DNA from: a virus
Direction: 5' to 3' (one strand)
Length of the DNA stretch: 64,000 nucleotides
IMG/VR virus record: IMGVR_UViG_3300029845_000007
Numbering within the stretch: the first letter of the stretch is position 1; each line of letters begins with the position of its first letter. Below the pieces are notes generated by a model, which was not told where the DNA came from, did no database searches, and saw only the letters and a list, made by a program, of their open reading frames with translations. Made by a program: the position numbers and the translations under genes. This document shows positions 1 through 10,772 of this stretch, in pieces.

Positions 1-39
1 GCTAATGCAACATTATCTGCAAATAACAGTCTTTCCATT

Positions 40-693
40 TTATTCTAATTTAGATAATTCGTTTGAAACTTTCTCATAACTATTATTATTAGAGATAGCG
101 TTAAAGGTATTAACAGCTCTCTTAATAACTTCTTTCATAGCAACATCTGATAGTTCGTTCGTAGTATCAGTTGCAATATTAATTAGAGTAGGATACTTAA
201 TATAATTAACTAAGAACTTATCTATCTCAAACGTTGCTATAACTTCAATATTTGATTCAGTCTTATAACATATAGGACTTATAACAATAGATTTTGAATG
301 ATAATCATTCATTGTTTCACTAACTAAGTCTAAGTCAATCAATCTGCAACGATAAGATTTATCCCCCTTAAAGGAGTAGACTGATGTATAGAACATCGGT
401 GTAGCATAGTTATTTAATTCTATCTTATAACCTGTACCAAACATTATATCTCCTTGTTCAGCTTCTAGTTTAATACTAGTATGAAGGCTACTAAGTTCTG
501 TTAATCTTATAACATTATCAGAGATACCATCGAGTTCACGATTACCCTTACGAGAGAAAACGTCTTTGACATATTCGATAGCCTCTAAATTAATTAGTCG
601 GTCTAACTCTTCAGGAAGTATAGCTCGGACACTTTTCATACCCATTTGTTGGGCTAAAAGCATGAACTCGTTATGTACCTCTTTTACTTTCAT
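40..693 (-). CDS. hypothetical protein, probably virion/structural (last gene of the capsid operon in this window)
   Basis: 217-aa intact ORF co-oriented with and immediately downstream of the MCP-like gene. No recognisable motif. Carries one copy of the dispersed motif (YSFKGDKS). Confidence 0.4.
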   Translation of the reverse strand: MKVKEVHNEFMLLAQQMGMKSVRAILPEELDRLINLEAIEYVKDVFSRKGNRELDGISDNVIRLTELSSLHTSIKLEAEQGDIMFGTGYKIELNNYATPMFYTSVYSFKGDKSYRCRLIDLDLVSETMNDYHSKSIVISPICYKTESNIEVIATFEIDKFLVNYIKYPTLINIATDTTNELSDVAMKEVIKRAVNTFNAISNNNSYEKVSNELSKLE

Positions 694-705
694 AATAACC
701 AGTTA

Positions 706-1860
706 TTATAATTTAAGTTTAGTTTCAAGTGCTTTTTTGTAGTCAGCATTTTCAGGATTACTGAAATAAGCTAATGCTTCTTTCATGTTGGCTCCAATGA
801 ATCCGCCTTCAGGAGTTAAAACAGTTTGGTTAACTTCCGAACGAACTAGTTCTCCTCTAGCGATAGCTTCTTCAATAAACGCTTGAAGTTCAACTTGTGA
901 ATTGTTAAACAGTTTGTTGAATTTCTCCGGCTCTTTAATTGCGAACTCATCAAGAATCTTTTCTTGAATTGTACGGTCAAGTAACAAGTTAGACAATACA
1001 TCTTGTTTGTTGCTTGCACAGTAGCATACAAAGATAGCTTTGAACTTAACATCATTATCAATAGCATCAAGATAATTACGTCTTGCTTTATTAGCCTGAA
1101 TACGACTACGTTTCAAACGATTAGCTTCACGTTGTTCATCTTTTATGTAGAACTTGATTCGAGAATCAAAACTAATAACAGATACGTCTTTAGCTACAAT
1201 CGGATATAATAAGCAATGACGATATGCAAGATAATCATCTACTTTAATAGGATGTCCATATTTATAACGAGTAGATTCAAGAGCATTAATCTTATTGACA
1301 TATCTAGCAATAGCATCTTTCAACTGTTTAGGATTAGACTTTTCGGCATTATCATATTCTTCTATGATAGCTGTTTCATCTATTTTATAATTCAGATAAT
1401 CTCTTTTCTTTCTCCATTGGAACGAACAGTTGAGTTTCTTTCCGTCACCGTCAACTGGAATAGATATACTATTAAACCAACGTTGAACTCTAGTAACATA
1501 CTCTTGTGCGTTAGGAGAACAGCCAATAAGAGAAGGCATATAAGCTGCCATTTCTTCATAGTTGCTAGTCAAGACTCTAGCTGAATTAATACTACCACCA
1601 ATACTATCATGACGTTCAGCAATGTATCTAGCATTAACTTGACGATAAACAGAATTAATAGTAATATCAGTAGCAAGAGCTATTACAATATATCTTTCTT
1701 CAAGAAAGTCTTTGTCTAAACCATCTTCTTCTTTAAGAATTTGTTCATAGGTTTGTTTAGGAGCTTCAGGAGTTTTAGTCTGCGGAATACTTGCAGACTG
1801 TGGATTTGGATTAGCTAGACTACTACCGAATGTACCGGTTTTTGGTGTTTGTCCTTCCAT
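706..1860 (-). CDS. hypothetical structural protein (capsid-associated?)
   Basis: 384-aa ORF, 25-nt gap after the MCP-like gene, same strand. Function not recognisable from sequence. Confidence 0.4.
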   Translation of the reverse strand: MEGQTPKTGTFGSSLANPNPQSASIPQTKTPEAPKQTYEQILKEEDGLDKDFLEERYIVIALATDITINSVYRQVNARYIAERHDSIGGSINSARVLTSNYEEMAAYMPSLIGCSPNAQEYVTRVQRWFNSISIPVDGDGKKLNCSFQWRKKRDYLNYKIDETAIIEEYDNAEKSNPKQLKDAIARYVNKINALESTRYKYGHPIKVDDYLAYRHCLLYPIVAKDVSVISFDSRIKFYIKDEQREANRLKRSRIQANKARRNYLDAIDNDVKFKAIFVCYCASNKQDVLSNLLLDRTIQEKILDEFAIKEPEKFNKLFNNSQVELQAFIEEAIARGELVRSEVNQTVLTPEGGFIGANMKEALAYFSNPENADYKKALETKLKL

Positions 1861-1885
1861 TATAATTTAGTTTAATTGTTTAACT

Positions 1886-3361
1886 TTAGAGTACACACTC
1901 CAACATGAACATCTTCTCTTGTCTGTCAACTTGCAGACCACGAGACATTTTAACTTCATATTGAGATTTATCAATATCCGTAGATATAGAATTGCTAGGA
2001 ACAGAACCCCAAGACGGTGGAATAGGAGTAAGACCTTTCAATACACCAACAAGATAAGACTGACCTTTCATACGTACCATACGAACATTACGATTTCCGT
2101 TATATACAGAATTGTCAATGAACATCAGTTTGTGAGATGTCATAGGCAAGCCAGTACGAGGATGAATAAGACCATTAGCTTTTGCTGTTTCAGCAATAGG
2201 TGATTTATCCAAGAATGGAAGATGAACACAAGTAACTGTATGTCCGTCAATAGTCTTATATTTACGGAAGTATTTACCATAAGTAAGACCACCACCTTCT
2301 TCACCAATCATCTTTTCTCCAAGTGGAGTAATGAATCCTTCTGACTTAACATCTTCACGAATAGCCATGTCGAAATCTTCGATACCACCTTTACCTGCAT
2401 ACAGAGTAATCTCCATAGAACCAGTATCGGTATCTTTATCAACTACATCACCAATAGTTCTTTTTAACTTGCTAAGAGGCAAGTATTCACCATAAGTATC
2501 GTAGTTAGATTCTTCTAGGATTTCAAACATTCCGGCAGTTTCAGGAATAGGTTGGTCATTATCCCAATCCTTCATATCAATAGTACCATTAACAGTACGA
2601 TTGTAACGAGATGTCCATAAGTCAATCTCATTAGAGATACGCATCTGAACATCGAACTGACGCATTTCTTCATTAATCCAACGAGTATCAGTACCACCGC
2701 CTTTTGTCTTGAAAGCATAACTAACAATAACATTACTAATGTTACCTGCAATTTCCTTGCTATAACGTTTGAATCCTAACTGAGATTTCATAACACCAGG
2801 ACCCATAACATTAGTTTTGTTACCCTTAGAATAAGATTCAGGAATAGACGGAGCTAACATACACCAATACTTACCTTTCTCAAAGTTAGCTGGGTCAATA
2901 TAAGCACTCTTATCTGGATTCTTTAGCTGCAAAGAATACAGATGTCCACCATGATTACCTGCACCGTGGTCACGCATTACACGAACAGTTGTCTTACCAT
3001 CAGGAGCAAGCAAACCATACTGTTCAATAATAAGACCAGTAGCAAACTCGACTTTAATAGGTTTACCACCAATACCAGGAGTAGTATCACTAGTGTCAGC
3101 CCAAACAATGTAATCATTGAATCTTTGACGACCCATTGTCTTCCAAGTCCACTCAACAGTAGTAATGTCACGAACACCAGCAGCACCTTGTCCTTCAGTA
3201 AGGAAAGTTAGCGGGAATCGGTCATCTTCCATACCATAAGTGTAAGTTAAGAAGTTGTTGATTTCCTCCGGTTTTTGAATCATTAAGGCAGCAAGAGATT
3301 GTTCATTAGAATAACCTCTGTCATCATATCTACCTCTTTCGACTTCTCTTAATCTGTACAT
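1886..3361 (-). CDS. putative major capsid protein
   Basis: 491-aa ORF in the canonical position downstream of terminase, portal and a scaffold-like gene. Size typical of crAss-like HK97-fold MCPs. No diagnostic motif can be checked by eye. Confidence 0.5.
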   Translation of the reverse strand: MYRLREVERGRYDDRGYSNEQSLAALMIQKPEEINNFLTYTYGMEDDRFPLTFLTEGQGAAGVRDITTVEWTWKTMGRQRFNDYIVWADTSDTTPGIGGKPIKVEFATGLIIEQYGLLAPDGKTTVRVMRDHGAGNHGGHLYSLQLKNPDKSAYIDPANFEKGKYWCMLAPSIPESYSKGNKTNVMGPGVMKSQLGFKRYSKEIAGNISNVIVSYAFKTKGGGTDTRWINEEMRQFDVQMRISNEIDLWTSRYNRTVNGTIDMKDWDNDQPIPETAGMFEILEESNYDTYGEYLPLSKLKRTIGDVVDKDTDTGSMEITLYAGKGGIEDFDMAIREDVKSEGFITPLGEKMIGEEGGGLTYGKYFRKYKTIDGHTVTCVHLPFLDKSPIAETAKANGLIHPRTGLPMTSHKLMFIDNSVYNGNRNVRMVRMKGQSYLVGVLKGLTPIPPSWGSVPSNSISTDIDKSQYEVKMSRGLQVDRQEKMFMLECVL

Positions 3362-3377
3362 ATTAGTTTTAATTTAG

Positions 3378-4712
3378 TTAGTTCAAGACTAGTTGGTCAT
3401 TATCAACTGTCTTAGAATTATTACCTTTACTATTGATAATAACAGTCCTTTTACCAGTAGTTTGCGCTGCGGCAGTTCTAATAGATAGAACTTTTTGTTT
3501 ATTAACAGCCATACCAACAAGACTAGCATAATCGCCACCAGTAAACCTTAGAAATGCTTTAAGTAAATCATCCTGCATACGAGCATCAGAATCAACTTTA
3601 GCTTCGTCTAACATATAAGCTGTATTACCTTCACTATCAACAGGAGTAGACACATACTTCAAGAAGTCTTTGCGACTAAGCATTACTTTCTTTCCGTCTT
3701 TGTTACATTGGATTTGTTCAGGAATACTATAACCTAATAGTTCGCCTTTGCTAATAGTCTTTTCTACATTATCCCAATATGCTTTTTCTTCAGCAGCAGC
3801 AGCAGCTTCTTTAGCTTCTACTTGTGCTTTCTGTTCAGCAAGTCGAGATTCATATATGCTATCAACAGCTTCTTTAGATTCAACAGCAGTATCATAAAGA
3901 ATACCAGCGTTCTTACAATAGTCAATAAATTTGTTTACGTCTCCTTTCTTACCGCTAAGTTTCCATTCTTCACGAATGAAAGTAGCTTGTTGTTCTTCGT
4001 TATCTTTACTAACAGTAATCTGACTTCTATCAGGTATTTCTACGAAGTCATCAAGAGTACCATTAAGTTTAAGATGATTAATAACTTGTTCTACTTGAGG
4101 ATAAGTTTCAAATAAGTTATTAATAGCAGCAGTTTGAGCTTCTTTAACTCTACTCTGAACTACTGTTTCAACATAAGCAGCAATGCCTTCTTCATTATCA
4201 TCAAATACGATAGGATTACCGTTTTCATCTTTAAAGTCAGAACCGAAACGAGTTTGTAATTGGTTAAGAACACTTGGTTCAGAACCATTTTGAGCGATAA
4301 GTTCAGCAAGTTCAGTAGCAGTACGGAATACAGTTCCGTCAGCAGCAATAGCATTACCTTCAGCATCAATAGTATAATCTACACCGTCTACATTAATAGT
4401 ATCACCTTCTGATAACTTAACTTCCCCCATAGAGGAGTCTTGTTGCTGATTATCCACTTGACCTTGCTGACCTTGATTTCCAGTATTACCATTACCGTTA
4501 TTAGCATTAGTATCAGGATTAGTATCAGGATTACCATTACCATTACCTTGTTGACCTTGTTGATCTTGTTGTCCAGCACCTTGTTGTCCCTGTCCGGTAG
4601 TATTACCGTTATTACCAGAGCCAGCACCTTGACCTGCACTACCAACAGTAGATATATCATCTATTTTAGTAGTACTTAAATCGAGAGAATCATTATTATT
4701 AAAAGTTGGCAT
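3378..4712 (-). CDS. scaffold-like / capsid-associated protein with disordered Q/G/N-rich N-terminus
   Basis: 444 aa. The N-terminal about 100 aa are low-complexity (QGQQGAG... repeats). The rest is helical with a coiled-coil segment (AEQKAQVEAKEAAAAAEEKA). Lies between portal and MCP, where scaffold proteins usually sit. Confidence 0.35.
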   Translation of the reverse strand: MPTFNNNDSLDLSTTKIDDISTVGSAGQGAGSGNNGNTTGQGQQGAGQQDQQGQQGNGNGNPDTNPDTNANNGNGNTGNQGQQGQVDNQQQDSSMGEVKLSEGDTINVDGVDYTIDAEGNAIAADGTVFRTATELAELIAQNGSEPSVLNQLQTRFGSDFKDENGNPIVFDDNEEGIAAYVETVVQSRVKEAQTAAINNLFETYPQVEQVINHLKLNGTLDDFVEIPDRSQITVSKDNEEQQATFIREEWKLSGKKGDVNKFIDYCKNAGILYDTAVESKEAVDSIYESRLAEQKAQVEAKEAAAAAEEKAYWDNVEKTISKGELLGYSIPEQIQCNKDGKKVMLSRKDFLKYVSTPVDSEGNTAYMLDEAKVDSDARMQDDLLKAFLRFTGGDYASLVGMAVNKQKVLSIRTAAAQTTGKRTVIINSKGNNSKTVDNDQLVLN

Positions 4713-5008
4713 AATAAATATGTTTTAATTATTACTTTCAAGTCAAATGTAGTCTAATAATATAAGAAATACAACTCTTGCTAGTTTGAATACCTTACTA
4801 TTAGGTTTAGAAAAGCCTGTATTTGAATTTAAGTAATATAAGAGTTAAATAGTATCAGCTAAAACGAACGTTCAACATAGGGCAAAAGAATAAGCCATTT
4901 TAAGGCTTGCTACGGCATTTTAATGCTTTATAATACAGTTCATCTCTTTAAGGGGGAAAATTCAATAGAAGTCAAAAAAATGCGGTCTACGTCAATCTTA
5001 CGGGTACG

Positions 5009-5035
5009 AAAAACCCTACGGAGACATCCGTAGGG
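5009..5035 (-). terminator. rho-independent terminator on the minus strand after the portal gene (CCCUACGG-augucu-CCGUAGGG-UUUUU)
   Basis: 8-bp GC-rich stem at 5014-5035 plus a plus-strand A5 (5009-5013) that gives U5 on the minus transcript. Followed by about 280 nt of non-coding DNA before the scaffold-like/MCP genes. Confidence 0.6.
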
Positions 5036-5083
5036 CACGTCTGAATCATAGAGAAAGGTATATAGCTAATTATAACTTAGTGT

Positions 5084-7516
5084 TCACTTCTTACTAGAAC
5101 TACTACTAGACTTTGGTTTATCATATTTGTTCTTATTCTCTTTAGCTATCTTTAGTTGATTATCTCTATCTAATGCAGCATTAATCATATCCAAGTCTTT
5201 AGCTCGTTTCTTCTCATTTAGTTCAGCTTGTTTTAAAGATAGTTCGGCAGAGTTATCTTGTGGTACAGTTTGTGCAGGTTGATTAGCTAGAGCAGCCATT
5301 GCAGCTTCTGTATCCATTCCTTTAGCAAGAAGGTCATAATAACCTTTGATTTCGGCAAGTCTAGCATCTTGTTCTCCTTTTGCAGCTATCTGTTCAAGAG
5401 CAGCTTTATTCTTAGCATCTTCTAACTGTTGGTCTAGTTGACGAAGAGATTCTTCGTTTTTCTGACGAATTTCTTGATAACGATTAATAGCTAGTTTAAG
5501 ACTAGATATATTCCCTGAAGTAATAGCTGCGACAGCTGACATTAAATCTCCATTCTGACTAGCATTGAAAGCCCACTCTTTGAGTTGCTCGAACTTCTCT
5601 GTTTCTCTATCAGAGTTCTTAGCTTTAATCACATACTGTCCGAGAGTATGATTCTCTACATTAAGAGAAATATATTGCTTTCTATCTGACTTATCATAAT
5701 AAGAAGTATCTAACCCGTCAATCCAAGCTAGCTTAGAATTATTTAAGTCTACGATATATTCATCTTCACGAAACTTATCAAACATATAATTGGTAATAAC
5801 AGTTCCCATTGAACTACGAATAATTGCTTCTTCCGTAGTACCTTTACCAGCACTAGTAGCTATTTGTCCATAACGTTGTGGTGTCATATCTACCATTTCA
5901 CGTGCACTGACTTTAATAGATTCAATAAGATTAGATATTTCAGTAATATAACCAGAGATATTAGCATCGAGCATTTTAATAGATTGCGCTTTAGTGCTAT
6001 TAATATCTTCTGCATCATCGTATGGAAATATACCTTCAGCAGCTATATTATATATAGCTTCTTCCGCATCTTCTCCAAATAAAGACTTAGCTGCAACAAG
6101 AATAAACATCTTATTTTTAGCTATCATCATTTCTCTATGATAAGAGAATATATTGATTAGTATTTGGAAAGGAGTAAGTATCTCTACAATGGAGAACTTT
6201 CCCATTTGAGGAAGAACTTCTTGAAGTCCACAATATTGCAATCTAGCATCATCGTCTATTTGGAAAGGAATAGGTTTAGCACCACCTGGGTATATACCGA
6301 AACGTTGTCCTCCAATACGATAACCTTCATATATCTGCGGTTTATATACAACAGATATTTCAATATGACCTAGTTCAGGATTAAATTCAAAGTCATCAGG
6401 AACAATCATTTCATCAACTAAACCTACTTCGTTAATATACTTTAGTATCTTAACTTGCGCATATCCTCTCCAATTAACATGCCATACTTCTAACAATTCT
6501 CCGTTCTTTAATCTTAAATCATAACCTTCTGACGGAAATATCTCACCAGTATCTTCTTTATAGTTCTTACACTTTTCAGGAAAATAATAAGTATAAGAAT
6601 TAAGACTAAGAGTACGAGTAGCTCCAACAGTACTAGGATTATAATACTTAGTTATAAATTCTAGTTGTTCCTCTGTTAATTCATCAGAGAATTGGTCTAT
6701 TACCTGATTGTAACTCATTAACATTCTACGAGCTACAATATCATATTTAGATACCATTTGTTCTCCATTAGGAACAGGATACATATCAGTAGTAGGAACA
6801 TATTCTTTAATTAGTTTCTTACCACGAACAGTATGGAAACTATAAACTTCCCCCGTAGTGATATAGTTGAAATACTCAACCGGAATTATTGTCTCATTAT
6901 TAAGAACATCATCAATAACTTCTAATAGTTGCTGTGCTTGTGAACTTATCTCATCTATATAATTATCAATAAAGTTCTTTTCAAACTCTTCTGCATCACC
7001 TGCAAGTTGTGCTGGGTCAACATCTTGTGTTGGTTGTCCTTGAGCTTCTAGTTGAGCGTTTTCAGCTTGTTGCTGTTGTACTCTCTTTTGAACTTCTTGT
7101 TGAAACGCTATCATAGCTCTCTTAACTATATCTTCTCGAATAGCTGCATCACGAGCCATAATAATTTCAGGATTATTAGCACCAACAATAAATTCATGCT
7201 GAGACTTAACATATTCTGATAAATAACGACGAACTACATCATTAATAATATCAAGATTTCTTAGAGTAGCAGGAAACCTCTTAAAGTTCTCCTTAGTAGC
7301 ATTATAAGGATTAAGTGTCTTACGATAAAACTCGTCAGGCATTTCTCCATGAAGTATTTCAAGAAGTTGTTCAGTCTTAGTTCTATCATTACAAGCTAGT
7401 CCGGCAGCAATACAATAATCTATTGTTCTGCCTGCCCAATACTCATCCTTTTCAGAATTAGGGATACGCTGTTTAGGCATATCCCCAAGTCTAACATTTA
7501 GCTTTGCATCAATCAT
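5084..7516 (-). CDS. putative portal protein
   Basis: 810-aa ORF immediately downstream of the putative TerL in the same operon, as in the crAss-like TerL-portal arrangement. Long helical C-terminal tail ending in a poly-Ser/Lys stretch. Inferred from synteny and size only. Confidence 0.5.
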   Translation of the reverse strand: MIDAKLNVRLGDMPKQRIPNSEKDEYWAGRTIDYCIAAGLACNDRTKTEQLLEILHGEMPDEFYRKTLNPYNATKENFKRFPATLRNLDIINDVVRRYLSEYVKSQHEFIVGANNPEIIMARDAAIREDIVKRAMIAFQQEVQKRVQQQQAENAQLEAQGQPTQDVDPAQLAGDAEEFEKNFIDNYIDEISSQAQQLLEVIDDVLNNETIIPVEYFNYITTGEVYSFHTVRGKKLIKEYVPTTDMYPVPNGEQMVSKYDIVARRMLMSYNQVIDQFSDELTEEQLEFITKYYNPSTVGATRTLSLNSYTYYFPEKCKNYKEDTGEIFPSEGYDLRLKNGELLEVWHVNWRGYAQVKILKYINEVGLVDEMIVPDDFEFNPELGHIEISVVYKPQIYEGYRIGGQRFGIYPGGAKPIPFQIDDDARLQYCGLQEVLPQMGKFSIVEILTPFQILINIFSYHREMMIAKNKMFILVAAKSLFGEDAEEAIYNIAAEGIFPYDDAEDINSTKAQSIKMLDANISGYITEISNLIESIKVSAREMVDMTPQRYGQIATSAGKGTTEEAIIRSSMGTVITNYMFDKFREDEYIVDLNNSKLAWIDGLDTSYYDKSDRKQYISLNVENHTLGQYVIKAKNSDRETEKFEQLKEWAFNASQNGDLMSAVAAITSGNISSLKLAINRYQEIRQKNEESLRQLDQQLEDAKNKAALEQIAAKGEQDARLAEIKGYYDLLAKGMDTEAAMAALANQPAQTVPQDNSAELSLKQAELNEKKRAKDLDMINAALDRDNQLKIAKENKNKYDKPKSSSSSSKK

Positions 7517-7779
7517 AATAATTCGCTTAGTTTAATAAGTATATTAATGTACCAATCAATAGCACCCGTAGCTATTACTATAATAAGCATTAACACGAAT
7601 CCTATCATTCCGCCAAGCAATGTAGCTAAAATATCTAAGAAATCAAACTTACCTCCCGACATTTTATCTTTAAACTCCATACCAACGGCAAGACCTGCCA
7701 CAAACATTATTCCTAGCAATCCACATGGAATTGCATAGAGGAAATGTTTTAACCTGTTACTTTCTGTTAACCAACTCAT
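7513..7779 (-). CDS. small membrane protein with two predicted TM helices (holin-like topology)
   Basis: 88 aa. Hydrophobic segments FLYAIPCGLLGIMFVAGLAVGM and FLDILATLLGGMIGFVLMLIIVIATG. Translationally coupled (4-nt overlaps) between TerL and portal. Confidence 0.35.
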   Translation of the reverse strand: MSWLTESNRLKHFLYAIPCGLLGIMFVAGLAVGMEFKDKMSGGKFDFLDILATLLGGMIGFVLMLIIVIATGAIDWYINILIKLSELL

Positions 7780-7781
7780 AA

Positions 7782-10079
7782 TTAATAACGTTTACGATTC
7801 CAAAAATTTTCTTTTTCTGTTTGAACTCTTTGTCTATGTTCAAGTTGCTTTTTAGCAAACTTATCATTAGCAGCCCATTCAATACCTCTAACAATCATTT
7901 CTGATACACGGTCAAAGTTACCAGTATTAGACCATTTCTTTAACTCTAGTACCGACTGATAATCATATATAGTATGAAGAACAAGCATGTCACGTCCGTC
8001 TTCAAACTTCCCTATGGGGGAATACAACATTTCCTTCAACATACGCAGACCGTCAAGTTTCACTGTCTCACTACTAATATCATAACCAATAGTATTAACC
8101 TTCTTACTATTAATATTAGTGTCCCAAAGATGAACAGGATGATAACCTAGATACTTAACAGCTTTCCACTTCTTAAAATTACTTACTGTTTCACCACGAT
8201 TGATTTCAACATTAGTTGTACCAAGACAATTATAAGTAACTGCAAAGTAATAACATATTCTGTCTGCCTTTTCTAGTTCATCAGGACGACCATAATACAC
8301 AGCACATAGTCTAGGACGATAACCATTATATATACAGGGATTCATCCATACTTTAATACTATTATGAGAATGTTTGTTAGTAAGCTCTTTTTTATCTTTA
8401 TCAATACCAACAGGGTCATAACTAATACTATATATTCCCGGAGGAGTACCTTTAGTCAACTGACCAGTTTTCTTATCTACATATTCAACTTTAATAGGAT
8501 TAAACCACTTACGAATACAACCTTCGGGGTCTTCATTAGAATGACGAGGAACATTCTTAATATAATCAAAGAAGTCTTTTCTATATACACCACCAGTTGC
8601 AGCAATACGTTCATTAGGAATAAACTCAAAGTTTTCAGAATCATATTCCACAAACTTACCGTCTATATAGAAGTTATACCTATTAGACATCTTTAGCTCT
8701 TGTTCCCATTCATCTAGTATCTCACTACTAAATATATTCTCACTTACAGAACTAAATGATTCACTAGGCATATTAGCATATTGTCCACAATAACTAATAA
8801 ACTTAGCAAATGATTTACTTTTAGCTTTTTCAATAGCACGTTCTTCTTCGGCTATCTGAAAACCTAAAACTATATCAGAATTACCGTCATCATCAAGAGA
8901 TGTAAGAGTAGCAATCTGATTATCATCACCAATCTTATAACCTTCAAGTCCCCAACAATAAGGTTTAAAATAACCACATACTTCCGGTCTACTATCTTTA
9001 TCCCATACATTTTCAAATGCCATAAAGTTTCTACCTCTAGGGTCATAGAAGTTCTGTTCAAATGTAACCCAACCAGCATTAGCTTTACCAGCAGTACCCC
9101 AAGCATTAAGAAAACCAGTAGTAACAGAACCTGTCTTTAGTGTAGGTTCAGTAACATCCATAAAATCATCAAAGTTTTCAAACTCTGACATTTCCTCACA
9201 CTTAATTTCTCCGGCATCTTTACCGACAGCGGCAGAAGGATTATTCTTAGTAGACACAGATATACAAGCACTATTCCAACTATTATCATCAATAATGGCT
9301 GTACTAGGGTCTTTATAACCTAAGATAAAATCACTAGCATCAATCTTAGCTATACCTCTTACAAATGGTGTATTAGATTCATAGAAGATAATCTGTTTCT
9401 TCATAAAGTCTGATAAACCACCTGACTGAACTAAGAACTTGTTATCACTAGCTGCATGAATAACAGCACGATTAGGAGTAAGATTAATAAAGTTTGCAGA
9501 ACCAATAGCTTCCATATAACTAAATCCACCACGACGAGTTTTATCATTTATAAGGAATAAACCATTATCTCGACAGAACTGTTTAATCAAGAAGTACCAC
9601 CATTGACAATCTATGAATCGTGGAAATCCTCTTATCTTACGTCCAGTAACTTTACCTTCTTCAACACGAAGTGTTTTAGTATCTAGTTTAAGAATACGTC
9701 CATAATTGATAAAGTTATAATGTTCACCAGTAATATAAACCTCTTCTATCTCACCAGTTCTAGTATCCATAAGACATGGAGCTTTAAAACCTACAAGTCT
9801 ACGAAGAGTTTCTTGTTTACGAAAGTTAGTATAAGGCATACTATCTACTGCAAACTTAGTATAAACCCCATCTTTCTCATAAGCAATAGCAGCAGGACGA
9901 AGAAGCTCTGTATTAACAAATCTCTTATTTTGGTCAATGTTCATTAAGAATCCTCCACTTTCTCCTATTAAGAAATGGTCAAATGGGTCTTTATATCCAA
10001 AGTCACTAGCATGTTTATACTTCTTTCCTTTATCTTCTTCCATGTAATACATGAAAAATGGATATTCAGACAATTGCAT
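7782..10079 (-). CDS. putative terminase large subunit
   Basis: 765-aa ORF directly upstream of the portal-like gene. Size and position match crAss-like TerL. No canonical Walker A could be found by eye, so the call rests on synteny. Confidence 0.5.
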   Translation of the reverse strand: MQLSEYPFFMYYMEEDKGKKYKHASDFGYKDPFDHFLIGESGGFLMNIDQNKRFVNTELLRPAAIAYEKDGVYTKFAVDSMPYTNFRKQETLRRLVGFKAPCLMDTRTGEIEEVYITGEHYNFINYGRILKLDTKTLRVEEGKVTGRKIRGFPRFIDCQWWYFLIKQFCRDNGLFLINDKTRRGGFSYMEAIGSANFINLTPNRAVIHAASDNKFLVQSGGLSDFMKKQIIFYESNTPFVRGIAKIDASDFILGYKDPSTAIIDDNSWNSACISVSTKNNPSAAVGKDAGEIKCEEMSEFENFDDFMDVTEPTLKTGSVTTGFLNAWGTAGKANAGWVTFEQNFYDPRGRNFMAFENVWDKDSRPEVCGYFKPYCWGLEGYKIGDDNQIATLTSLDDDGNSDIVLGFQIAEEERAIEKAKSKSFAKFISYCGQYANMPSESFSSVSENIFSSEILDEWEQELKMSNRYNFYIDGKFVEYDSENFEFIPNERIAATGGVYRKDFFDYIKNVPRHSNEDPEGCIRKWFNPIKVEYVDKKTGQLTKGTPPGIYSISYDPVGIDKDKKELTNKHSHNSIKVWMNPCIYNGYRPRLCAVYYGRPDELEKADRICYYFAVTYNCLGTTNVEINRGETVSNFKKWKAVKYLGYHPVHLWDTNINSKKVNTIGYDISSETVKLDGLRMLKEMLYSPIGKFEDGRDMLVLHTIYDYQSVLELKKWSNTGNFDRVSEMIVRGIEWAANDKFAKKQLEHRQRVQTEKENFWNRKRY

Positions 10080-10090
10080 AATCTATATAA

Positions 10091-10585
10091 TTATTTTAAT
10101 AATACGACAACAAGAATAGCTAGCACACTTGTACTAGCTATAAATCCATTACGTTGTTTTTTATATCTCTTAGACTTTTTATACTCCTTATTAAGATTAG
10201 TAATAGCTTCATTACCTATTAACGTTATCCTTCTTATTTCTTCACATTGCTTAGATATAACAGAATCCTGCAAGTAGCTATCTTGAACTTTTAATTCATA
10301 TAACTTCTTGTAGGATTCGTATTGGTTTTTGTACTCTTCTGAAAGTATTAACTTAGCATTGGCTATTCTTAATACTTCTTTATCTAAGCTCCGCTTCGCT
10401 CCGCTATCCCCCATAAAGGGGTGTGATTGCTGTAAACTATCTACCTTCGTCTCTAGTCTCTTGATTCTTAATTCTGACTGGTTTTGACACAAGATATATG
10501 AAGCGTTCGAGGATAGCAATACTATCAGTATCACTAATCGCTTTATTAAATTCTTTCTCATACTGATTAGTATTATTAAGAGCAT
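10091..10585 (-). CDS. membrane-anchored coiled-coil protein (spanin-like; true start may be internal at 10561 or 10423)
   Basis: 164 aa. N-terminal signal-like hydrophobic stretch (MRKNLIKRLVILIVLLSS...C), central coiled coil, C-terminal TM (FIASTSVLAILVVVLLK). Overlaps the upstream ORF by 149 nt in another frame. Confidence 0.3.
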   Translation of the reverse strand: MLLIILISMRKNLIKRLVILIVLLSSNASYILCQNQSELRIKRLETKVDSLQQSHPFMGDSGAKRSLDKEVLRIANAKLILSEEYKNQYESYKKLYELKVQDSYLQDSVISKQCEEIRRITLIGNEAITNLNKEYKKSKRYKKQRNGFIASTSVLAILVVVLLK

Positions 10586-10772
10586 TGAGAATAGAATCTA
10601 TTACTAGTTGTAAACTATCTCTCTTTGTTTCTATTTCCTGATATATAGTATCAGGAACGATAAGTGGGACTTCTACACATTCCTTATTTGAAACAAAATG
10701 GGTGAATACTCTAATTCCAATAAATAGTATAATTACTACTAATAGTCCTATTCCAATGCTCTTTAGTTTCAT
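10437..10772 (-). CDS. type-II membrane protein (i-spanin-like)
   Basis: 111 aa. N-terminal TM (IGIGLLVVIILFIGIRVF) followed by a helical periplasmic-type domain. Immediately downstream of the YkuD-like hydrolase gene (4-nt overlap). Confidence 0.3.
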   Translation of the reverse strand: MKLKSIGIGLLVVIILFIGIRVFTHFVSNKECVEVPLIVPDTIYQEIETKRDSLQLVIDSILNALNNTNQYEKEFNKAISDTDSIAILERFIYLVSKPVRIKNQETRDEGR

